A stretch of 64,000 bases of DNA, taken from the NCBI GenBank assembly GCA_002269645.1, contig NIVC01000708.1, positions 248,001-312,000 on the forward strand, in the 5' to 3' direction. This document shows, piece by piece, positions 37,066 to 46,364 of this stretch. The stretch is from Macrostomum lignano (Eukaryota). The notes beneath the pieces were generated by a model. That model was not told the origin of the DNA. It did not search any database and saw only the letters and a list, made by a program, of their open reading frames with translations. The translations under genes and the position numbers were made by a program. Positions within the stretch are counted from its first letter, which is position 1, and each line of letters opens with the position of its first letter.

Positions 37066-39240
37066 AAAAGGCGTCATGTAAAAAATCATTGAAGCGTCAT
37101 GTAAAAAATCATAGAAGCGTCATGAAACAATCATAGAAGCGTCATGTAAAAATCATAGAAGCGTCATGTAAGAATCATAGAAGCGTCATTTAAAAAATCA
37201 TAGAAGCGTCATGTAAACAATCATAGAAGCGTCATGTAAACAATCATTGAAGCGTCATGTAAAAAATCATAGAAGCGTCATTTAAAAAATCATAGAAGCG
37301 TCATGTAAACAATCATTGAAGCGTCATGTAAAAAATCATAGAAGCGTCATTTAAAAAGTCATAGAAGCGTCATGTAAAAATCATAGAAGCGTCATGTAAA
37401 CAATCATAGAAGCGTCATTTAAAAAATCATAGAAGCGTCATGTAAAAAATCATAGAAGCGTCATGTAAACAATCATAGAAGCGTCATGTAAAAAATCATA
37501 GAAGCGTCATGTAAACAATCATAGAAGCGTCATTAAAAATCATAGAAGTGTCATGTAAACAATCATAGAAGCGTCATGTAAACAATCATAGAAGCGTCAT
37601 GTAAAAAATCATAGAAGCGTCATGTAAACAATCATAGAAGCGTCATGTAAACAATCGTAGAAGCGTCATTAAAAATCATAGAAGCGTCATGTAAACAATC
37701 ATAGAAGCGTCATTTAAAAATCATAGAAGCGTCATGTAAAAAATCATAGAAGCGTCATGTAAACAATCATAGAAGCGTCATGTAAAAATCATAGAAGCGT
37801 TATTTAAAAAAAACATAGAAGCGTCATGTAAAAAGCATAGAAGCGTCATGTAAACAATCATAGAAGCGTCATGTAAAAAATCATAGAAGCGTCATGTAAA
37901 AAGCATAGAAGCGTCATGTAAAAATCATAGAAGCGTCATGTAAACAATCATAGAAGCGTCATGTAAAAAATCATAGAAGCGTCATGTAAAAAGCATAGAA
38001 GCGTCATGTAAAAATCATAGAAGCGTCATGTAAACAATCATAGAAGCGTCATGTAAAAAATCATAGAAGCGTCATGTAAACAATCATAGAAGCGTCATGT
38101 AGAAAGCATAGAAGCGTCATGTAAACAATCATAGAAGCGTCATGTAAACAATCATAGAAGCGTCATGTAAAAAATCATAGAAGCGTCATGTAAACAATCA
38201 TAGAAGCGTCATGTAAACAATCGTAGAAGCGTCATTAAAAATCATAGAAGTGTCATGTAACAATCATAGAAGCGTCATGTAAACAATCATAGAAGCGTCA
38301 TTTAAAAAATCAGAGAAGCGTCATGTAAACAATCATAGAAGCGTCATGTAAACAATCGTAGAAGCGTCATTAAAAATCATAGAAGCGTCATGTAAACAAT
38401 CATAGAAGCGTCATTTAAAAATCATAGAAGCGTCATGTAAAAAATCATAGAAGCGTCATGTAAACAATCATAGAAGCGTCATGTAAAAAGCATAGAAGCG
38501 TCATGTAAACAATCATAGAAGCGTCATGTAAAAAATCATAGAAGCGTCATGTAAAAAGCATAGAAGCGTCATGTAAACAATCATAGAAGCGTCATGTAAA
38601 AAATCATAGAAGCGTCATGTAAAAAGCATAGAAGCGTCACGTAAAAATCATAGAAGCGTCATGTAAACAATCATAGAAGCGTCATGTAAAAAATCATAGA
38701 AGCGTCATATAAAAATCATAGAAGCGTCATGTAAACAATCATAGAAGCGTCATGTAAACAATCATAGAAGCGTCATGTAAACAATCATAGAAGCGTCATG
38801 TAAAAAATCATAGAAGCGTCATGTAAACAATCATAGAAGCGTCATGTAAACAATCGTAGAAGCGTCATATAAAAATCATAGAAGCGTTATTTAAAAAAAA
38901 CATAGAAGCGTCATGTAAAAAGCATAGAAGCGTCATGTAAACAATCATAGAAGCGTCATGTAAAAAATCATAGAAGCGTCATGTAAACAATCATAGAAGC
39001 GTCATGTAAACAATCGTAGAAGCGTCATATAAAAATCATAGAAGCGTTATTTAAAAAAAACATAGAAGCGTCATGTAAAAAGCATAGAAGCGTCATGTAA
39101 ACAATCATAGAAGCGTAATGTAAAAAATCATAGAAGCGTCATGTAAACAATCATCGAAGCGTCATCTAAAAAGTCATAGAAGCGTCATGTAAAAAATCAT
39201 AGAAGCGTCATGAAAAAATCATAGAAGCCTCATTAAAAAC
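37066..39240. repeat. ~23-bp satellite (AATCATAGAAGCGTCATGTAAAC/A)n inside unit 2
   Basis: About 95 monomers visible directly. Confidence 0.97.
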
Positions 39241-40137
39241 TAATGAAAGTGTCATTTAAAAAATTAAGAAGCATCATGGTAGAATAAAAGAAGCATCATG
39301 TCAGACATGAAGGGTGTCATGTAAAAATTAAATGCAGCTATAGTGCTGGGCTGGGGAGAAAAAAACTGAGACGTCAAGGCTCACAGAGAATAACTGAGAT
39401 TATAGGGGGGGGGGTTTCTGAGATGTCAAAGCAAAAGTCAGAAGCTACTTCAAAGTTCATGTACTTTACTCAATTTTTTTATTACATTCTTTGTTGGCTC
39501 GCCACAGGGGGGGGGCGCTGATAGAAGAAGAGTCATGTAAAAAATAAAAGTAGCACTATGTATACATAAAAGAAGAGTCATGTCGAAGTTAAAAGATTCC
39601 TTTGGGAATTGCTACGATGTCAAATCTTGGTGGAAATCGTTATAGTGCTGTGATTCTTAAAGAAGGAATCACTAAAATGTCAAGGCTTAGGGGAGAAGAA
39701 TTGCTGAGATTTCAAGACTTTAGGTTGGGTTAAAGTTAGGTTTAGGTCAGGTTTGGGTTGAGGGTTATATTTTATCGGGTTTCAAGGTTAACGGGGGGGT
39801 TTAGATTTCAAGGTTTATGGAGGCCATCGCTGACATGTCAAGGCTTACGGGGGGAATAGCTGACATGTCAAGGCTCACGGGGGTATAAATGAGATTTCAA
39901 GGCTAAAGTCAGAAGCTACATGTAGTTTATTGAAAACTTTTTATTACATTATTTGATGCCTCCTCATTGGAGGGATCGCTGATAAAAAAGCGTAATGTAA
40001 AAAATAAAAGAAGCTTCATGTCGAAGTGAAGAGATGCATTTGGGAATCCCTACGATGTCGAGGCTTGCAGGGAATCGCTATAATGCTGTAGTAGTGCAAT
40101 AATGACTCTTAGAGAGAATTACTGAAATGTCAATGCT

Positions 40138-40258
40138 TTAGGGTTAGGTTAGGGCTAGGGTTAGGTTATGGTTAGGGCTAGGTTTAGGGTTAGGGTTAGG
40201 GTTAGGCTAGGGTTAGGGTTAGGGTTAGGGTTAGGGTTAGGCTAGAGTTAGGGTTAGA
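40138..40258 (+). repeat. Interstitial telomeric repeat (TTAGGG)n with variants in unit 2
   Basis: About 20 TTAGGG/CTAGGG/TTAGG units. Confidence 0.92.
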
Positions 40259-40471
40259 AGGTTGACAGATATTTTTAGATTTCAAGTTGATATGTTAAAG
40301 CTTGTGGGGGGGGAATTACTGACATTTCAAGGCTGACAAGTTTTGACAGGAGATTTTTTAAGATTTCAAGGATACCTGTAGCTTATTAAAAAAACGTGTA
40401 TTGCATTTCTTTGGCTCCCCAACGGGGGGCGTAGATTGCTAGTCCTATATACTAAAAATGGTCTGTCTGTG

Positions 40472-40508
<37 letters not shown>

Positions 40509-41082
40509 GTGATCGATTAGAGAAAAAATGGCTGGACCGATTTTGTTCGAACTTGCACTGTTCGATCAGGAATTTTCCCGTGACGGTACATGCATCGTGG
40601 CTAAGAAATTGCTCGATGCTAAAGGCATTTAATATTCGAAAAACATGCTTTTTTGCAAAGGTCAAGCAGCTCTTTCGACTTGAAATGCATTATAAGAATG
40701 CTAGAGAAGAAACTGACTGGTTGAATTCTGATTCTGAAATAGATTGCATCATAACTGAATTGTAACTCCGATTTGAATTGAAAATGCAGTGTGGAAGCGT
40801 AGCACCAGACTTGATTTAAATTGCGTAACCATATTGTTAACTGATACTGACTGACTGAGAAACTGATTATGTCATAACTGCGTCGTGTGATTTACTCTAT
40901 GCTTGGATTTTAAAGTGTTGAATTATATAAGTGCAAAATTTGATGTTATCAAAACGATGAGAGCTAGCCTAGAGGTGAACAAACTGAACTGCTAAATGTA
41001 GCGACGATGGTTCGAATTTTCATAGAGTATAATTTTTTTAATTAAAGCTTTTCAATGTCAGGAAAACTAAAAGACTTTTTAA

Positions 41083-42250
41083 AAAGAAGCGTCATGTAAA
41101 AATCATAGAAGCGTCATGTAAAAAATCGTGAAAGCGTCATTTAAAAAATCATAGAAGCGTCATGTAAAATATCATAGAAGTGTCATGTAACAATCATAGA
41201 AGCGTCATGTAAACAATCATAGAAGCGTCATTTAAAAAATCAGAGAAGCGTCATGTAAACAATCATAGAAGCGTCATGTAAACAATCATAGAAGCGTCAT
41301 GTAAACAATCATAGAAGCGCCATGTAAAAAATCATAGAAGCGTCATCTAAAACATCATGGAAGCGTCATTTAAAAAATCATAGAAGCGTCATGTAAAAAA
41401 TCATAGAAGCGTCATGTAAAAAATCATAGGAGCGTCATGTAAACAATCATAGAAGCGTCATGTAAACAATCATAGGAGCATCATGTAAACAATCATAGAA
41501 GCGCCATGTAAAAAATCATAGAAGCGTCATCTAAAACATCATGGAAGCGTCATTTAAAAAATCATAGAAGCGTCATGTAAAAAATCATAGAAGCGTCATG
41601 TAAAAAATCATAGAAGCGTCATGTAAAAAATCATAGGAGCGTCATCTAAACAATCATAGAAGCGTCATGTAAACAATCAGAGAAGCGTCATGTAAACAAT
41701 CATAGAAGCGTCATGTAACAATCATAGAAGCGTCATGTAAACAATCATAGAAGCGTCATTTAAAAAATCAGAGAAGCGTCATGTAAACAATCATAAAAGC
41801 GTCATTTAAAAAATGATAGAAGCGTCATATAAAAATCATAGATGCGTCATTTCAACAATCATAGAAGCGTCATATAAAAATCATAGAAGCGTCATGTAAA
41901 AAATCATAAAAGCGACGGGAAGCGTCATATAAAAATCGTAGAAGCGTCATATAAAAATCAAAGAAGCGTCATTTAAAAAAGTCATAGAAGCGTCATGTAA
42001 AAAAACATAGAAGCGTCATGTAAAAAAACATAGAAGCGTCATGTAAACAATCATGGAAGCGTCGTGTAAAAAATCATAGAAGCGTCATGTAAAAAATCAT
42101 AGAAGCGTCATGTAAAAAAATCATAGAAGCATCATGTAAAAAATTATAGAAGCGTCATGTAAACAATCATAGAAGCGTCATTTAAAAAATCATAGAAGCG
42201 TCATTTAAAAAACCAGAGAAGGGTCAAGAAAAAATCATAGAAGCCTCATT
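41083..42250. repeat. ~23-bp satellite inside unit 3 (same family as unit 2)
   Basis: About 50 monomers visible directly. Confidence 0.97.
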
Positions 42251-43159
42251 TAAAAACTAATGAAAGTGTCATTTAAAAAATTAAGAAGCATCATGGTAGA
42301 ATAAAAGAAGCGTCATGTCAGACATGAAGGGTGTCATGTAAAAATTAAATGCAGCTATAATGCTGTGCTGGGGAGAAAAACTGAGACGTAAAGGCTCTCA
42401 GAGAATAACTGAGATTACGGGGGGGGGGGGGTTCTGAGATGTCAAAGCAAAAGTCAGAAGCTACTTCAAAGTTCATGTTGTTTACTCAATTTTTTTATTG
42501 CATTCTCTGTTGGGTCGCCACGGGGGGTCGCTGATAGAAGAAGAGTCATGTAAAAAATAAAAGTAGCACTATGTATACATAAAAGAAAAGTCATGTCGAA
42601 GTTAAAAGATTTATTTGGGAATTGCTACGATGTCAAAGCTTGGTGGAAATCGTTATAGTGCTGTGATTCTTAAAGAAGGAATCACTAAAATTTCAAGGCT
42701 TAGGGGAGAAGAATTGCTGAGATTTCAAGGCTTTAGGTTGGGATAAAGTTAGGTTTTGGTCAGGTTTGGGTTGAGGGTTATATTTTATCGGGTTTCAAGG
42801 TTAACAGAATAACAGGGGATTTTTTAGATTTCAAGGTTTATGGAGGCCATCGCTGACATGTTAAGGCTTACGGGGGGAATAGCTGAGATGTCAAGGCTCA
42901 CGGGGGTATAAATGAGATTTCAAGGCTAAAGTCAGAAGCTACATGTAGTTTATTGAAAACTTTTTATTACATTATTTGATGCCTCCTCATTGGAGGGATC
43001 GCTGATAAAAAAAGCTTAATGTAAAAAATAAAAGAAGCTTCATGTCGAAGTTAAGAGATTCATTTGGGAATCCCTACGATGTCGAGGCTTGCAGGGAATC
43101 GCTATAATGCTGTAGTAGTGCTATAATGAATCTTAGAGAGAATTACTGAAATTTCAATG

Positions 43160-43228
43160 TTAGGTTAGGGTTAGGGTTAGGGTTAGGGCTAGGGTTAGGG
43201 TTAGGGTTAGGCTAGGGTTAGGGTTAGA
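43160..43228 (+). repeat. Interstitial telomeric repeat (TTAGGG)n in unit 3
   Basis: About 11 units at the position homologous to 40138-40258. Confidence 0.92.
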
Positions 43229-44820
43229 AGGTTGACAGTTTTTAGATTTCCAAGGCTTATTGGGGGCATTGCTGTGATGTCAAGGGGGGAAGTTGATAAG
43301 TTAAAGCTTGTGGGGAGGGGGAATTACTGACATGTCAAGGCTTACAAGGTTTGACAGGAGATTTTTTTAAGATTTCAAGGATACATGTAGCTTATTAAAA
43401 AAACGTGTATTGCATTTCTTTGGCTCCCCAACGGGGGGCGTAGATTGCTAGTTTCATACTAATAATATTTACGCACCTTGAATTAATATTTTTCTGTGAA
43501 TTTAATTGCGTGCCCCCAACTCCCGGAAATTTTTCGCGTTTCTTCCCCAACGTTTGTTTACGTCACCTTCCCGTATGTTGACTTTGTTCGTCCCAGTCTT
43601 GTCCTTCTATTTTGTCCCACTGATGAATCGATGCTTTCCCAATCTTGTTTGCTGAATTTTGCCGTTTATTTCTGCGCAATTTTTTTTCTCAACGCTGTGC
43701 CCACTTCCTTGTCCAACCTGCTGCCCAACTGCTCGTCCAAGTCTCGTCTTTGTTGTTGAATTTTTGTTAACCTATTTATTGCGAGCCTCAGGCGCTACTT
43801 CTGACAAAACCCTCCTCCTCCTTCCTTCTCGCAACCACCCGTGACCTTTGCGTTCAGTGAAGACGTGAAGTTAAGTTAGAGTTAAGTGCGATAATCTTTT
43901 AGTTTTCATTTAAGCTACTAGCAGCCGCACTTCACTTATTTATAGCGCACCGCGGCTCTGCTCGTTGTATTATTAGTCGACCTAAATACTTTATACCTGC
44001 CTGCTAAACTAATTTATTTCGTAATACTCAGTGACAGCAATAAATAATAATAATAACAATCATCAGTAACTTCATTTTCGTCAATCAATTAATTAAGCCC
44101 ATAGCCTATCTTGAGTTCTTTGCCCGCGGGGCGTAAAATAACCAAATAATTCTCATCTCAAAGAAAGCTCTGAGATAGCTTCGTTCCGCAATACGAGAAT
44201 TACGGTGGTGGCAGCTCTACCCTACTGATAGTAATCAGCTCAACAAATCGACGCATTAATTTACGGTGTCAGGATCTCCGGTGTTACCATTTTGAACGAC
44301 CGTGCCGCTAAAAGACCGCTCGCCTACGATTGCAACTACCCTCCCCCCGGAATTTGAGGACCCCGGCTGTCGGAGTAAAACAGGAGAAAGAATTTCGTTG
44401 TGATTCGTCTGCGCGACTTTTCCGGATTTATTCGTGCGAACGCATGCAACACCGACCGGTTTTCCAAGAAAACCCACTACAAAAATTTCACTATTTTTTC
44501 TCCACCCCACCTCACTCTCTTACGAACTATAGTTCTTCGAAACATCACAAAATTTTGTCAAAAAGAAAGATTTAACAAACTCAATTTAGTATGATTAAAT
44601 AAATCAATATGCATTATTTGCAGGATGGCTGTGAAATCACTGGTGCAACGCCTTATTGAAATCGTTCCAAACCATAATTAGCGCTTTGGCGCCAATTTTC
44701 CGTTGACTGAGCACATACAAAGCGCACAGATTAGCCTAATGCACGCAGGCACACACCGTAGTGATGCACAAGTTCATACAGATTGTACTTGTACAGCGGC
44801 CCTGACTGTATAATTGTCAG

Positions 44821-45676
44821 GGGCCCGTGCTATAGAATACTCTTAACTCCTAAATCCTTAAGAGTGTCCTAACTCCTAGCTCCTAGCTGGCTTTTCTGTG
44901 CTATAGAATCAAGAGTAAATTTTAAGAGCTAGGAGGCTCCTTAAGGACGTTAGGAGACTCCTGGGTGAATTTAGGAGAACTCATTAAGGTCCGTGGCATG
45001 CTATAGAATTAGGAGAGGAAGTCTAGGAGCTAGGAGCTAGGAGTTGGCTTTTAGGAGTGATTCTAGGAGCGCGTGTCCTATAGAATGAGAAAATTTCGCT
45101 CCTAACTCTTGACTCCTAAGCAAGAGTTCAAGGGCCAATTTTCACTCTCAGACAAGCTAGGATTATAATGTTTTCGGACAGCGAATCGGATTCTGATGAG
45201 GAAGGAGTCAATGATAGACGCCGTCGACAATTTAAGGCAAGAATTAATTTTTTTGAAGAAGATCCAGCCAAGAGTGCTATGCGTTTTAGACTTAACGAGA
45301 TCCAGCTTTCAAGCCTAACAGATCCAACACGGTGCACACAGCAATCTTCGCATTCTTAGTTATGGTTGTACTAAACGCACCAAAGAGAACCTCTTTGCGT
45401 GCAGCGACGGCTCTCACAAATGATATTTTTTGAGCAATTTGCATTTTCACTCCTGAGATTCAATCCTTAAGGACCGTTAAAGTTAGGATTGTGATATAGC
45501 ACACGATTGCGCAACACTCCTTGAACACACCCCGACTCCTAGGCTGCACTCCTTGCAAGAACTCCTAGCTCCTAACTCTTAACTCCTGAAATCTATAGCA
45601 CACAAAATTCAATCACTCCTTGTCAAGAGTACTCTTGAGTCCTAGCTCCTAGCTCCTGATTCTATAGCACGGGCCC
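44821..45676. mobile_element. Internally deleted PIF/Harbinger-like DNA transposon
   Basis: Perfect 18-bp TIR GGGCCCGTGCTATAGAAT / ATTCTATAGCACGGGCCC; 3-bp flanks CAG/CAA; repeated subterminal TGCTATAGAA and CTCCTAG motifs; short internal ORF 45168-45359 (MFSDSESDSDEE...AMRFRLNEIQL) resembles a Harbinger transposase N-terminus. Confidence 0.75.
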
Positions 45677-45767
45677 CAAGTCACACGCACGCAGTCACAC
45701 TTCACACGCAGCCACAAAGTTGGGATCAAGAACAGAAAAATCCGAGATTACGAGATTCCGATGCAGC

Positions 45768-45893
45768 ACCCTGAAGCAAAATTATTGATTTCCACAACGG
45801 GTCACAAGGTGGGGTGGGGGATAAAGCATTGGCATGCCCCCCCATAGATTTAACTGGGGGGACATGCCCCCCCCCCTGGTGGCGACGCCCCTG
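45768..45893. mobile_element. Partial second copy (right end) of the 3127-3458 MITE
   Basis: Shared CCCTGAAGCAAAATTATTGATTTCCA...GCATTGGCATGCCCCC...GGTGGCGACGCC. Confidence 0.75.
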
Positions 45894-46364
45894 CTTCTCT
45901 CCTCTCCTCTCCTCCTCTCCCTTCTCTCCTCTCCTTTCTCTCTTCTCTGGCGCAAGCAAACAGTACTCAGTTCTTGCCAAAAACTTGCTATCCAAATACT
46001 CGCTGACAAAGCAGCTTTGGAATCAATGCACCAGCAAACTGCTTGGGGTTTCTGTCCACGAAAAATGTCTGCGTGCATCCGAAAACGTAGAAAAAAGAAA
46101 ATAATGAAATCGCACTGTAGTCATTTAAAGCAATGAAATCATCGCGGGAAATGCAATCGCGCGCATCCGTTACGGCGCATTTGTATTTAAATGGATCTCT
46201 GAAGCCAAGCACAGACAGCAGTTCAGGACCAAGGACTACTTAAGGAAATTTTTAGGAGGCCGGTTTTACCGAAGAAATACAAATTAGAAAGAAAAATTGA
46301 AAAGCTGCCTTCTAAAATTTTCCAAGAAGCGTTGTTTCCGTCTTTCTACTTGAGCAGTCCTTGC

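Larger units (their letters stand above)
36462..40442 (+). mobile_element. Non-autonomous Helitron-like unit 2 (3981 bp) with internal 23-bp satellite and TTAGGG tract
   Basis: Starts TCCATATACTAAAAATG directly after unit 1 CTAG; (GTTT)n; ~600-bp 5' module homologous to units 1 and 3; 3' hairpin plus CTAG at 40439-40442. Confidence 0.85.
40443..43451 (+). mobile_element. Non-autonomous Helitron-like unit 3 (3009 bp), paralog of unit 2
   Basis: Starts TCCTATATACTAAAAATG after CTAG; (GTCT)/(CTAT)n; same 5' module, 23-bp array and ~1.2-kb 3' module as unit 2; hairpin plus CTAG at 43448-43451. Confidence 0.85.

Noticed and set aside
32856-40765. Short ORFs in the shared 5' module (e.g. 36489-36755, 40436-40765) as a Rep/helicase remnant
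   Set aside because: No HUH or helicase motifs; their similarity only reflects DNA duplication and the frames differ between copies.
33404-42250. 22-23-bp repeat arrays as possible CRISPR arrays
   Set aside because: Monomers are contiguous with no unique spacers, no cas genes, and the DNA is eukaryotic.
40138-43228. True chromosome end
   Set aside because: Tracts are short, degenerate and internal, with normal genes continuing downstream.
43452-43980. A complete fourth Helitron unit after 43451
   Set aside because: The start looks Helitron-like, but I could not identify a convincing hairpin+CTRR end or homology to units 1-3.
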